Assembly (NCBI GenBank): GCA_015493225.1
Contig: WGDO01000087.1
Coordinates: 514-64,513, forward strand
Direction: 5' to 3'
DNA: 64,000 bases
Source of the DNA: Patescibacteria group bacterium
GTDB taxonomy: Bacteria; Patescibacteriota; Minisyncoccia; Moranbacterales; DUUL01
Shown here: positions 48,424 to 58,818 of the stretch, one piece after another
Layout: each line of letters begins with the position of its first letter
Numbering within the stretch: the stretch's first letter is position 1
Notes under the pieces: generated by a model
Database searches by the model: none
Told to the model about the DNA's origin: nothing
What the model saw: the letters and a program-made list of their open reading frames with translations, nothing else
Made by a program: the position numbers and the translations under genes

Positions 48424-49257
48424 TTATTGAACGGTCTCTGCAGTTTCAGTAGCTTGTTCAAATAAATTTTCTTTTCCAACACCATCAGCTGTAACTGGAT
48501 AAAATATTTCACTGGTAACCATGTTTTGCAACGCCTGTAAACCTTTTTGATTCAATCCTCCAGTCAATAGACTCTTTAAAATATTATCATTATCAATAGC
48601 TTTTGATAAAACAATTTTATTGTTTTGCTGTTTCTGAAAAACATCAAAACTAATTTTTGCATTCACTAAATCTATTACATCAGCAGTCTGTTTATCTTTG
48701 TCGTTCTGTTTATTATTAACACTAGCTAAAGAAAAACTCTGCGGAACAATAACTCTATTTTGAATATCTAATTTATTCAAGAAATCCTTAACCATTGGGT
48801 ATGTTCCAACCACAGACATATTTACATTAATAGGTACAGCTGTTAATGCACAATTAGTCACATTAGTTTTAATAGATTTATTATTTTTAGCGCTAGAAGC
48901 AACTTTTTTGCATTTACTAGCATTTCTATTTGTAGATTTTTTTGTTCCAATTTTAACTACCATCACACCACTTTGACTAGCATTTTTGTTAATTTCTGCA
49001 ACTAAATTATCATTATTCACAACCTGAGGCATAGCATTGTAAACCATCTTTTTATCATCATCACTAAGTTGCTTAAATTCAACTAAAGCTTTTTTGATAT
49101 TTGCAACTCCCTTTACTAGTGTTTGTTTTTCTGTAATTAGTTTCTGTAATTTTCCTTTATCAGCCTGATATTCAGTCCAAGCTGGTTTTGTTAAACTCAC
49201 AAAAGACCAAACAAAGACAATTAAAGCAAAAGGAAAAAATAAAAGTTTAGGACGCAT
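48424..49257 (-). CDS. pilO: PilO-like pilus assembly protein
   Basis: Single N-terminal TM, coiled-coil, periplasmic domain. Position between pilN-like and pilB. Confidence 0.5.
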   Translation of the reverse strand: MRPKLLFFPFALIVFVWSFVSLTKPAWTEYQADKGKLQKLITEKQTLVKGVANIKKALVEFKQLSDDDKKMVYNAMPQVVNNDNLVAEINKNASQSGVMVVKIGTKKSTNRNASKCKKVASSAKNNKSIKTNVTNCALTAVPINVNMSVVGTYPMVKDFLNKLDIQNRVIVPQSFSLASVNNKQNDKDKQTADVIDLVNAKISFDVFQKQQNNKIVLSKAIDNDNILKSLLTGGLNQKGLQALQNMVTSEIFYPVTADGVGKENLFEQATETAETVQ

Positions 49258-49300
49258 TATTCTAAATATTAAGTATTATAAAAAAATAAACAATTTATTA

Positions 49301-49870
49301 CTATTTATTTTTATTTGTCTTCTTAATTCCCATTCTTGGCAATGTAAAACTGACATTCATTTCCATAGCATCTTCTTTAATACCACTACTCTTCAGGGAA
49401 ACTTGACCCCGAGAACTAATTGCCTTATAAGCATTAATCTGCTTAGCCACTGTCATTAAATCTGGAGTTAACAAGTTAGTATCAATAGTACTAATTCCAT
49501 TATTAACTGCTACTTTTAAATTTTTCATCGTATCAACCGCTAAAGTAGATTGAGAAAGTTGATTTAAAATATTAACTTGTTTAATTTTATTTTTATCAAC
49601 CCCATCCAACTGTATTAATCTATCCTGAAAATCATAAACATTCTTGAAATCCTTATTGGTATCTAAGCTTTTCTTCAAAGTTTTTATTTCAGATTTAACA
49701 ACTACTATTTTTTTCACCTGAACATTTTTAAAATAAGTAGCCCCCCCATACAAACCACCTGCTAAAATCAATATTAAAATACCAATAATTAAAGAAATTT
49801 GTCCAGAAGCTCCTCCGGATGACGAAGTATCACTGGCAATATTTTTTGCTTTTAAATTAATTTTTCTCAC
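49301..49870 (-). CDS. pilN: PilN-like pilus assembly protein
   Basis: Short cytoplasmic N-terminus, one TM helix, periplasmic domain. Immediately downstream of pilM. Confidence 0.5.
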   Translation of the reverse strand: MRKINLKAKNIASDTSSSGGASGQISLIIGILILILAGGLYGGATYFKNVQVKKIVVVKSEIKTLKKSLDTNKDFKNVYDFQDRLIQLDGVDKNKIKQVNILNQLSQSTLAVDTMKNLKVAVNNGISTIDTNLLTPDLMTVAKQINAYKAISSRGQVSLKSSGIKEDAMEMNVSFTLPRMGIKKTNKNK

Positions 49871-49948
49871 TGTTTTTTTATTTTATTTTTTATTTATTTG
49901 TTTTTTGTATTTTTGATAGCTAAATATTTCGTTTACAACTTTCAAAAA

Positions 49949-51094
49949 CTATTCTTCAAAATTAGCCAAAGCTAAACCAATAGCAATACTTAAAGATGGC
50001 GCATTCTGCAATAAAGAACTTTTAATTTCTGGCACAAAAGCAACTCCCTCTAATGCATTTCCTATTGCAACTTCCCTCCCCGCCTGTTGTTGCACAAACT
50101 CCCTGAGTCCAATCATCATAGCCGCTCCTCCACTTAAAATTATTTTATTAATTTTTATACCTTCAAAATCAGCCTCAAATAATTCCACTGTTTTTTTAAT
50201 TTCTCCAATAATTATAGATAAAACGGTAGTTAAAATTCCTCCCGTCTGCCCATTGCCAGCCACATTCACCCCCTGTTCTTTTTTAATCTGCTCTGCTCGC
50301 TCAAAACTAACCTTCATTGAATCTGCAATAACCTGTGTCATCTTATCTCCTCCAACATCAATTGTTCTATTCATCAAAACACCCTGGGGTGAAGCCACTA
50401 AAATGTTACAAGTCTCATGACCAATATCTAAAATCAAATAAACGCCCTGTTTCCCATGAGTCAATGCCCTTGTCAAGGAAATAGAATCAATTTCCAAAAG
50501 ATTAATACTCAACTTACTCTGTGAAAATACTTTTTCATATTTATTACTAATCTCCTTCATTATAGCAATTACCAAAATTTTAACCATCTTACTATCCTTG
50601 GTGTCACCCATACCAATACCATTATTATTTTGGGGTATTTGTTGATCTATGTTATTTTGCAATTTATCCTCGTCTATAACCTGCCAATCATATACAACAT
50701 CTTCTATCTTTACAGGAATATATTTCGACACTTCTCTTCTAATAGCCTCTTCAGAAACTTTTCCAGAAACGCTAGCTACCTCAATAGTAATAATCAAAGA
50801 AGTAAAACTAGGAATAGCCACATTTACTGTTTTATTTTTAATATTTGCCTCATTCAGTGTTTCTTTAATTACATCTCCCGTAAACTCATTAATTACTCCC
50901 GTTTGACCAATTTTAATTAAAGGATCCTTAGTCCGAGCAATAGCATAATTTTTCAAAATAATTTTATCTTTTTCTTTCTTCAAGGCAACTACCTTTATAC
51001 TTTTTGTTCCAACATCAACACCAACCGCCAACTTATTGCCGGTAAATTTCTTAACTAAATTATTTGCCAAATCATCCAATGACTGCATACCCAT
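49949..51094 (-). CDS. pilM: Type IV pilus assembly ATPase-like protein PilM (actin/HSP70 fold)
   Basis: LAVGVDVGTKSIKVVAL phosphate-1 motif and FtsA/PilM-like architecture. Confidence 0.75.
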   Translation of the reverse strand: MGMQSLDDLANNLVKKFTGNKLAVGVDVGTKSIKVVALKKEKDKIILKNYAIARTKDPLIKIGQTGVINEFTGDVIKETLNEANIKNKTVNVAIPSFTSLIITIEVASVSGKVSEEAIRREVSKYIPVKIEDVVYDWQVIDEDKLQNNIDQQIPQNNNGIGMGDTKDSKMVKILVIAIMKEISNKYEKVFSQSKLSINLLEIDSISLTRALTHGKQGVYLILDIGHETCNILVASPQGVLMNRTIDVGGDKMTQVIADSMKVSFERAEQIKKEQGVNVAGNGQTGGILTTVLSIIIGEIKKTVELFEADFEGIKINKIILSGGAAMMIGLREFVQQQAGREVAIGNALEGVAFVPEIKSSLLQNAPSLSIAIGLALANFEE

Positions 51095-51254
51095 AATATT
51101 TTTATTTTTTATTTTTAACTAATTCAAGACTATTGTTCCAAAGCTTACTAAATACTAAAAATAAAAAACTTTAGATTAACTCTTTATTTTTATATTATAA
51201 CAAAATAATTACATCCACACAACTACCTAGAATATTATACACTAAATATTTAAC

Positions 51255-51908
51255 CTAATGTGCAGTTGGGGGAACATCACTATTAAAATTATCATCCCTA
51301 GTATCACCATCACTATATCCAAAAGATTCAACCGAATTCAAATTTTTTGAACATTTTTCATCAAGCATTGCTTTTCTTTTTCTTAAACCCTCCAAATTAT
51401 AAACACCCTCAAGATTTTGTAAAAATTTTTCTGCCCTTTCATCTCTCTTATCATAAACAAATTCTCTTTTACTCTCCAAACGTTGATTAATTGATTCTCC
51501 TCCTAAAACTCTGACCATTATATGTCTAGAAATCTCTTCTCCATCATCAATATCTCCAAAACATATTTTGTAAATTTTTCGAAAAATATCTTCGCAAAAA
51601 AGATGTTCATCAACTTGACTCATTGCTTCAATTTTTTGAACACTTGATAACTCTTCCTCATTATCAACAAAAAATCCTACTCCTGAAAATTCACCGCTCT
51701 CTTCAAAAAGTTGTTTTACATTATTAAAAACCGCTTGTCTGAGTTTGTTTTTCTTTTTCAATAATTTCTCTGCCTGTTCTGCTCCCAATATAACATCTTT
51801 ATTCCTATCAATTTTATCCACACTAAGATCCCCCCCTAAATCAATTGGTATTTTATTTGGCGTATTATATGTAGAAAAACCTTCAATTATTGATTCCTCT
51901 TCTAACAT
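51255..51908 (-). CDS. Acidic hypothetical protein at the head of the pilus gene string
   Basis: 217-aa ORF, strongly acidic. No family recognised. Confidence 0.4.
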   Translation of the reverse strand: MLEEESIIEGFSTYNTPNKIPIDLGGDLSVDKIDRNKDVILGAEQAEKLLKKKNKLRQAVFNNVKQLFEESGEFSGVGFFVDNEEELSSVQKIEAMSQVDEHLFCEDIFRKIYKICFGDIDDGEEISRHIMVRVLGGESINQRLESKREFVYDKRDERAEKFLQNLEGVYNLEGLRKRKAMLDEKCSKNLNSVESFGYSDGDTRDDNFNSDVPPTAH

Positions 51909-52032
51909 AAATTTCTTTTTATTTTTTTTAAATCCCTTGAAAAATAATCCATCCTGTGTTAAGGTAACTAATAATACTCAATGATACAAGGAATTTAATT
52001 AACCTACAATTACTATAACATAAAATAAACAA

Positions 52033-54423
52033 ATGTACAAACATTTTACAAATAATGCCAAAAAAATAATTTTCAGCATAAAGAAAAATCCCAAAATAAA
52101 CTTGAATAATATCCCGGCCAGTGATTTAATTGGAGCAATTCTTCAACACAAAGGAACCTACGGCAAAAACATTATAAATTCTTTACCCCCAGAATTAAAA
52201 GAAAAAATAATTCAAAAACTTAAAAAAGGTTCTGATCTGACAGCCTCTAAATTAATTACTGAAGCTAGTAAATTAGCCTATGCAACCAAAAGTCGTTTAA
52301 TTGGCACCGAACATCTTGTACAAGCTTTTATTGAAAATGAGCTACCTTCATCCACAATTGATAAAACGCTTAGCAACAATACTCCTCCGGAAGGAATTCC
52401 ACCAATACCCAAAGAAATGCAAAAGGAAATAGATAATCTCCTGAATGATTTATTTCCTCAAAGTACCGAACAAAAACAACAAAATATTTTAAAAGCATAT
52501 TGTTCTGATTTACACAGCCCCACCGAGAAACGACCACCCTTAATAGGTAAAACCAAGGAGTTAGCCAGACTAACTCATATTTTGGCTCGGAAAAATAAAA
52601 ACAACCCCATTTTACTAGGAGACCCCGGTGTTGGTAAAACAGCCATCGTAGAAGGATTAGCTAAAAATATCAACGACCTAAATGTCCCAGAACATCTTAT
52701 CAATAAAAAGATTTTATCTCTGGATTTAAGCCAATTAGTTGCCGGAACATCCTTTCGAGGAGAATTTGAATCAAGACTTAAAGAAATAATGCAAGTCGTG
52801 GAAGAAGATGAAAATATTATTTTATTCATTGACGAAATTCACATGCTCATGGGAGCTGGAAATTCCGTTGGCGGTATGGACGCTGCCAATATTCTAAAAC
52901 CAGCCCTTTCTCGAGGAACAATTAGAATTATTGGCGCCACCACCGTTGAAGAATATAAAAAAAGCATAGCCAAAGACTCTGCCTTGGAAAGAAGATTTCA
53001 ACCACTTATGATTTCAGAAGCTAGCCAACCAGAAACTATCCAGATTTTAAAAGGTATCAAACGATATTATGAAGAATATCACCAAGTAATTTTTTCCGAA
53101 GAAGCTATTACCAATTCCGCTAAGCTGGCCAAAAAATATATTAACAACAGATTTTTGCCAGACAGCGCCATTGATTTACTGGACGAAACCGCTGCTCGCA
53201 AACGTTCTCACTTAATAGACAATCCAGAATTCAAAAAATATATCATTAACAAGCAAAAACTAGCAACCCTAACTAAATTGAAAGAAGCTCTATTAATGGA
53301 TAACAAATTTAAAGAAGCTCTTCAACTTAAAGATGATGAATTTATTCTAAATAAAGATTTAATCAAACAGGAAAAACTTTTTGGACCAAAGAAAACATCC
53401 CAAGAAATTTCCATAGAACTTCAAGATATTCTAGACACTCTATCAGTTGTAACTAACATTTCACCCAATCTTCTAAAAACCAACAACTCAAACCTAATTA
53501 CTCAAATCAATAAATCTCTTCAAAATAATTTAATCGGACAAGGTCACATCAAAAAGAATATCAATGAGGTTGTAATGCGACGTCTCAGCGGGCTAAGCCG
53601 CCAACAAGGACCTCTGGGTTCCTTCGTTTTTATTGGTCCCAGTGGTGTTGGTAAAACCATGACTGCCAAACTTTTAGCCAAAGCTATTTCCCCAACCGAG
53701 GAACCATCTTTAGTTCAAATAAATATGAGTGAATTCACTGAAAAACACACCATTTCTCGCCTTCTAGGCGCTCCAGCCGGTTATGTCGGTCATGAGAACG
53801 AAGGCGAACTTAGTGCTAAAATATATCGCAATCCCTTTAGTGTTATTCTTTTTGATGAGATTGAAAAAGCCGACCCCACTATTTTAAACATCCTTTTACA
53901 AATTCTGGAAGAAGGTGAATTAGTAGACGCTAAAAACAAAAAAATTGACTTCAAAAATACTTTAATAATTTTAACCTCTAATATTGGCACTGAAACCTTA
54001 GATGGTTTAGATAGTTTGGGATTTACCTCTTCGAATAAAAAAAATACTCCCAGCAAAAAACAAATTAAAAAATCAATTCTGGAAGAATTACAAATGGAGC
54101 TACCAACTGAATTATTGGCCAGAATAGATAATACTTTAATTTTCAATAACTTAGAGAAAAAAGATATTCAAAAAATAGTTCAAACGTCCTTGACTGAGTT
54201 AAAAAAGAAGCTAAAGAAAAAACAAATCAGTTTAACATTCAATAAGAAAGTTGTTGACTTTTTAGTCAATAAAAGTTTAATTCTAAATCAGGGAGCTCGA
54301 TTAGTCAGACGAAATATTCAAAATCTTGTTGAACCTATTTTAGCCAAAGAATTATTAAAAAAGAATCCACCAAAAAATATTAAACTTTCTCTTAATAAAC
54401 AAGGTAATAAGATTGTTATTTGA
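52033..54423 (+). CDS. Class I Clp/Hsp100 AAA+ chaperone (ClpC-like, two nucleotide-binding domains, short middle region)
   Basis: Clp_N-like repeats. NBD1 Walker [16 protein letters not shown] and Walker [12 protein letters not shown]2 [15 protein letters not shown], Walker [10 protein letters not shown], and sensor-2 GAR. Confidence 0.85.
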   Translation: MYKHFTNNAKKIIFSIKKNPKINLNNIPASDLIGAILQHKGTYGKNIINSLPPELKEKIIQKLKKGSDLTASKLITEASKLAYATKSRLIGTEHLVQAFIENELPSSTIDKTLSNNTPPEGIPPIPKEMQKEIDNLLNDLFPQSTEQKQQNILKAYCSDLHSPTEKRPPLIGKTKELARLTHILARKNKNNPILLGDPGVGKTAIVEGLAKNINDLNVPEHLINKKILSLDLSQLVAGTSFRGEFESRLKEIMQVVEEDENIILFIDEIHMLMGAGNSVGGMDAANILKPALSRGTIRIIGATTVEEYKKSIAKDSALERRFQPLMISEASQPETIQILKGIKRYYEEYHQVIFSEEAITNSAKLAKKYINNRFLPDSAIDLLDETAARKRSHLIDNPEFKKYIINKQKLATLTKLKEALLMDNKFKEALQLKDDEFILNKDLIKQEKLFGPKKTSQEISIELQDILDTLSVVTNISPNLLKTNNSNLITQINKSLQNNLIGQGHIKKNINEVVMRRLSGLSRQQGPLGSFVFIGPSGVGKTMTAKLLAKAISPTEEPSLVQINMSEFTEKHTISRLLGAPAGYVGHENEGELSAKIYRNPFSVILFDEIEKADPTILNILLQILEEGELVDAKNKKIDFKNTLIILTSNIGTETLDGLDSLGFTSSNKKNTPSKKQIKKSILEELQMELPTELLARIDNTLIFNNLEKKDIQKIVQTSLTELKKKLKKKQISLTFNKKVVDFLVNKSLILNQGARLVRRNIQNLVEPILAKELLKKNPPKNIKLSLNKQGNKIVI

Positions 54424-54467
54424 AAGTGAATCATTAAGATTATTAATTTTGATAAACAACAGCAATA

Positions 54468-54675
54468 AATAAGTCTGCTTTGCTTTTAATTTTAATTTGT
54501 AATTTGTAAATTTTAATTCAATTTTAAATAATTCAATTTTAAATACTTAAAACAACAGAAGATGAAAATTGCTCGATAATTTATATTTTATTTGAAAATT
54601 TAAACAATTAGGCTTGAATTAAAATTTACAAATTACAAATTAAAATTTATCCTACCGGCAGACAAGTCTGCTTTA
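54468..54675. repeat. Large AT-rich inverted repeat (arms about 45 bp: ttttaattttaatttgtaatttgtaaatttt / aaaatttacaaattacaaattaaaattta) with flanking direct repeat aagtctgcttt
   Basis: Seen directly in the sequence. The arms are separated by about 105 bp. Lies between the clpC-like gene and comFC. Confidence 0.7.
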
Positions 54676-54737
54676 GTTATTTTAATAGTTAATAGCTACT
54701 CAAACAATTCAGAAAAATCTTCTAACACTCTTAATGT

Positions 54738-55496
54738 ATGCCTATACCATTTTTTAAGCTTAAAAAATATCTTGCCAATCTAATTTTCCCCACTTTTTGT
54801 ATCCGCTGTCATCATCCCGGAAGAATCATCTGTGATAATTGTCTAAAAACAATCAAACCCTTAAGTATTCAATTATGTCCTCTTTGTGAAAAAACCGTTA
54901 CTATAAATGGAGAAGTTTGCCGTCCTTGCCGAAAGCGCTTTCATCCGGCCATTGATAATTTACTGGTAGCCTCAGATTACAAGAATAATTTATTAGCCAA
55001 AAGTGTTCATCTTTTAAAATATAAATTTATTCGAGACCTAGCACCGTCCTTGGCGCAAATTTTAACCATCAGCCTCAATAAGTTTAAACTGCCCACACCT
55101 GATTTTATCCTGCCAATCCCTCTGCACCCTCGTCGTCTTCGCTGGCGCGGTTTTAATCAAGCAGAACTATTATCCCAAGGAGTATCCATTAATCTATTAC
55201 CTGGCCTAACAATTCCAATCTTAAATGATTTAATCATTCGTCAAAAATATACTCCCTCTCAAAAAAATATTAAAAACTATAAAGCTCGTCAAGAAAATCT
55301 TAAAAATGCCTTTCAGATCAATTCTGGATTTGACTGGCCATTAAATAACTTACCAAAACAAAACCTAACCGGAAAAAATATTTTAATCATTGATGATATT
55401 ACCACCACCGGTGCCACTATTTTAAATTTCGCCAAAGAACTAAAAAAGCTTCACCCCAAAAGTATTTCGGCAATTGTTTTGGGAAGACAATCGTAA
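54738..55496 (+). CDS. comFC: Competence protein ComF (ComFC-type phosphoribosyltransferase)
   Basis: N-terminal double zinc-ribbon (CIRCHHP...CDNC ... CPLCEK...CRPCRK) and C-terminal PRTase motif ILIIDDITTTGATI. Confidence 0.85.
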   Translation: MPIPFFKLKKYLANLIFPTFCIRCHHPGRIICDNCLKTIKPLSIQLCPLCEKTVTINGEVCRPCRKRFHPAIDNLLVASDYKNNLLAKSVHLLKYKFIRDLAPSLAQILTISLNKFKLPTPDFILPIPLHPRRLRWRGFNQAELLSQGVSINLLPGLTIPILNDLIIRQKYTPSQKNIKNYKARQENLKNAFQINSGFDWPLNNLPKQNLTGKNILIIDDITTTGATILNFAKELKKLHPKSISAIVLGRQS

Positions 55497-55500
55497 TTGT

Positions 55501-55770
55501 TAGTTCACAGTTCACAGTTCACGGTTCACAGTTTCTTTCCTAGCTTCCCCTCTTTGCAAAGGGGGGATTGAGGGGAATTTCCATGGCTTCCTCCCCCCTT
55601 TGTAAAGGGGGGATTGAGGGGGGATTTTAAGAATTTTAAGTTTTAAATTTTTCTGCCCCAGACGGACCAGCCTGGAGCTAGAAATTTCACGAATTAGTTG
55701 AAATCCACCCCTAACCCCTCCTTTGAGAAAGGAGGGGAACTACTTATCTACTATCTACTATCTACCCCTC
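55501..55770. repeat. Composite: (gttcac[ag])x4, two family B units, one family A unit and (ctactatc)n
   Basis: gttcacagttcacagttcacggttcacag. cctagcttcccctctttgcaaaggggggattgagggg and cccccctttgtaaaggggggattgaggggggatttt. aaatccacccctaacccctcctttgagaaaggaggggaactacttatctactatctactatctac. The last overlaps the ppaC stop. Confidence 0.85.
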
Positions 55771-56673
55771 AAACACTGGCACAATCTGTTTCTTCCTAGA
55801 AACCAATTTATCCACAAATAAAATCCCGTTCTGATCTTCAGCGGAAAATAATTCGGTGAATAATTTTTTGGCTTCTTCATCGGAGTAAAGCGTATAGGAT
55901 TTTTCATTAAGAATATCAACGATTGTAAAATAAACTGCCTTCAAGTTATCTTTTTCTTTTATCTCAGCCAGTTTTTCAAAAATTTCTTCCCTTCTTTTCA
56001 AACCAAAATCAACATCCGTTGTTTCCATCACCCCAATTCCATATTTTCCATCCTTAAAATTAAACTCCTTATAATCCAACCTAATTAAATTCTCCGTAGA
56101 AATATCCCCTAAATCACTTTTAGCTTTAAACATTTCCAAACTAAATTGTTCCAAATCTTCCAATCCCACTATTTCGTTCAATCCTTCCACTAATTTCTTA
56201 TCAGTATCGGTAGTAGTTGGTGAACGAAAAAACAAAGTATCAGAAATAATACCCGCCAATAACAAACTAGCGATTTTTTTGTCCAAATCAATACCCTCAG
56301 AAAAATATTTTTCTGCAACAATTGAACAAGACGACCCAAGTGGTTTAACGCAAATTGAAATTGGTTTATCCGTCTTCAGGTCAACCTTATGATGATCAAT
56401 AACTTCCACCAAACTCAATTCGGCTAAATTATCTATGGCCTGCCCAACTTCATTATGATCCAATAAGACAACTTCTGAACCAGCTTCTAACTCAGAAATT
56501 ATTTCTGGTCTTTTCATATCAAATTTATCAAACACAAATTGTGTTTCTTTATTCAACTCCCCTAGGGCAAAAGCTTGTGCTTCTTCGCCTTGCTGTTTCA
56601 AATATTCAGCATAGGCTACCGCACTACACACCGAATCAGTATCCGGATTTTTATGACCAATTACATTTTTCAT
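55762..56673 (-). CDS. ppaC: Manganese-dependent inorganic pyrophosphatase (family II, DHH/DHHA2)
   Basis: N-terminal GHKNPDTDSVCSAVAYA, DHH motif LLDHNE, C-terminal DHHA2 domain. About 300 aa, as for PpaC. Confidence 0.8.
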   Translation of the reverse strand: MKNVIGHKNPDTDSVCSAVAYAEYLKQQGEEAQAFALGELNKETQFVFDKFDMKRPEIISELEAGSEVVLLDHNEVGQAIDNLAELSLVEVIDHHKVDLKTDKPISICVKPLGSSCSIVAEKYFSEGIDLDKKIASLLLAGIISDTLFFRSPTTTDTDKKLVEGLNEIVGLEDLEQFSLEMFKAKSDLGDISTENLIRLDYKEFNFKDGKYGIGVMETTDVDFGLKRREEIFEKLAEIKEKDNLKAVYFTIVDILNEKSYTLYSDEEAKKLFTELFSAEDQNGILFVDKLVSRKKQIVPVFEG

Positions 56674-56740
56674 ATATTTTAAATTTAAAAAATTAATATT
56701 AACTTATAGAATAATTTAATGAAGTTACCAAAAAACAACC

Positions 56741-57130
56741 TTATTTAAATTTAGCATATTCCAAAAAATCTTTTTGGTATTCTGGTTGAATATATTTTGA
56801 CCCTGGTTCTACTTGATGTTTAATGCCGCACCAATACTTTTCTGTTTCGGCGGAAATTGCCGTTGCATATGGCAAAAGACCATTAGCATAACCACAATAA
56901 ACACAATTAATCTTTTGCAAAAGAGTCAACTTAGATAATTTATATCTATCTATTTTAATATATTTTTTTACATCTACTAACTCTAAACCATACAGCCTAA
57001 AGGCAATATGATGATATATTTCCAATGAAATATGTAACAAAATTAAAGAAGCCCCCATACCATAAATAAAAGGGATGGATAATGTATGTTTTAAAGTTCT
57101 TTTAATACTCCTATTTTTTCGATGTTGCAT
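56741..57130 (-). CDS. Small membrane protein with CxxC...C motif (hypothetical)
   Basis: 129-aa ORF with one TM helix and CVYCGY...YWCG. Confidence 0.35.
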   Translation of the reverse strand: MQHRKNRSIKRTLKHTLSIPFIYGMGASLILLHISLEIYHHIAFRLYGLELVDVKKYIKIDRYKLSKLTLLQKINCVYCGYANGLLPYATAISAETEKYWCGIKHQVEPGSKYIQPEYQKDFLEYAKFK

Positions 57131-57153
57131 ATATTTAAATATTGGTTATTTAG

Positions 57154-57240
57154 CGGAGATGGAAGGATTCGAACCCTCGGTACCAATAAAGGTACAACGC
57201 TTTTCGAGAGCGTCCCGTTCGACCACTCCGGCACATCTCC
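57154..57240 (-). tRNA. tRNA-Ser (anticodon CGA)
   Basis: Reverse complement: GGAGATG...acceptor, anticodon stem ACGCT/AGCGT with loop CTCGAAA, long variable arm, T arm GGTTCGAATCC, discriminator G. Confidence 0.8.
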
Positions 57241-57336
57241 AGTTTTAATATACATATTTCTATTTCGCTCAAAGCGGAGAGAGCGGGATTTTCACCTCCC
57301 GTTTAGGGAGGCCGAACCCTTGTCTAACAAATGCTG

Positions 57337-57421
57337 CGGAGAGAGCGGGATTCGAACCCACGGTACCTTACGGCACACATCGTTTCCAACGATGCGCATT
57401 CGACCACTCTGCCATCTCTCC
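57337..57421 (-). tRNA. tRNA-Ser (anticodon GGA)
   Basis: Reverse complement: GGAGAGA acceptor, anticodon stem CATCG/CGATG with loop TTGGAAA, long variable arm, T arm GGTTCGAATCC. Confidence 0.8.
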
Positions 57422-57457
57422 GTACTTAAATCATTATGCCTCAAAACTCATCAAAAA

Positions 57458-58648
57458 TCAAGCCTTTCCTTTTTTTCTACCAATCAAAAAATTCACCACA
57501 TTTATTACCAAACCAATCAATAGCACAACTCCCAATATTGCAATAACTTTTTGCACGGAATATAAATCAGCTAACCAGCCAAACATACTAGCCATAAAAA
57601 CATATGGTAAATTAATTAATAGATTGAAAGTAGATAAAGAGGTGGCTCGATGCTTTGAGGAAATGTATTTATTTAAAATATCTGACTGAATAACCAATGA
57701 TAGAGAATAGATAATTGCCCAAAAAATCATCAATATCACCGCCATCAAAAAATTAACTTTCAAAACAAGTAACATTAACAAGGCATACAAAAATGCCATA
57801 AAAACAAAAACCCTCAAATTGCCAATTTTGCTTTTTAACCAAGGACTTAATCTAACAATAAAAACATTAGCTAATATTGCCAAAACTAAAGCCATGCTAA
57901 TTTGCATAGCCGTTCCTCCCGTAGCCACCAATAACAAATCCACCAGCATCTCATACATAAACAAATAAATAATACCGACTATCAACAAAATATAAATTAT
58001 TTTTCTGATTCTTTTTTGAAAAAATAAAGCTCTAAACCCCTCCATGATTTGTCGACGATAATTATTCCAAGAAAATTTTTCACTATCAGTTTTTGGCTCT
58101 TGTAATTTCCAAGCTATAAATATGGCCACGACAGCCATCAAAGCAACAGCTAAATAAGGAGCTCGTGGATTAACAAATGTATATAATAATCCACCAATAA
58201 TTGTAGCCACAGCCTGAGCAAGATAAGAATAGCTTCTTTGTTTTGACAATACTTTATTATATTGTTTCTCTTTTCCAATATCTTTTAAGGTGTCATAGGT
58301 AATCGCCTCAAAAGTTCCCGAAAGAAAAGTAGAACCAAAAGCACTAAAAAAAGCCGAAAGAAAAAGAACTACAAAATTAGGAGCCAAACCCATTGCTAAA
58401 TCTCCCAAAAATATTACCCCCAAACCCAAAATCAATGTTTTCTTTTTTCCCAATAAATCCGCCAAAGCCCCCGAAGGAATCTCAAAGACAACAATTGAAA
58501 TAATCATCGCTGTTTCGATTATGCCGATGCCCGTATAATCAGTAAACAGCAAATAATACAAAACCCAAATTCCCAACCAAAACAAAAGGTTGTTAAAAAA
58601 CGAAATCCAATAAAGAAGTTTGATGTTGTTTTTGATACTGCTTGTCAT
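57458..58648 (-). CDS. MFS transporter
   Basis: 396 aa with 12 predicted TM helices and an MFS-like D-R/K-x-G-R-K loop (LADLLGKKKT). Confidence 0.6.
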   Translation of the reverse strand: MTSSIKNNIKLLYWISFFNNLLFWLGIWVLYYLLFTDYTGIGIIETAMIISIVVFEIPSGALADLLGKKKTLILGLGVIFLGDLAMGLAPNFVVLFLSAFFSAFGSTFLSGTFEAITYDTLKDIGKEKQYNKVLSKQRSYSYLAQAVATIIGGLLYTFVNPRAPYLAVALMAVVAIFIAWKLQEPKTDSEKFSWNNYRRQIMEGFRALFFQKRIRKIIYILLIVGIIYLFMYEMLVDLLLVATGGTAMQISMALVLAILANVFIVRLSPWLKSKIGNLRVFVFMAFLYALLMLLVLKVNFLMAVILMIFWAIIYSLSLVIQSDILNKYISSKHRATSLSTFNLLINLPYVFMASMFGWLADLYSVQKVIAILGVVLLIGLVINVVNFLIGRKKGKA

Positions 58649-58818
58649 ATTTTATAAAATTACATTTTGTAAAAATTTTTCTATTACCAGTTCACTTTCA
58701 AATTTACTAATCAGTTCAATATATCATGCTGCCACTAAACCTTCAACATACATTACTCTAACCTGCCCATACCTATCGTATAACGTAAGTCATACATAGC
58801 GCGTGAAATGTTGATTCC

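Noticed and set aside
57241-57336. Third tRNA between the two tRNA-Ser genes
   Set aside because: Only T-arm-like and acceptor-3'-like fragments are present. No D arm or anticodon arm could be folded. Treated as a remnant (see findings).
57122-57523. 133-aa plus-strand ORF
   Set aside because: It lies entirely across the two minus-strand tRNA-Ser genes and their spacer, so it is a spurious ORF.
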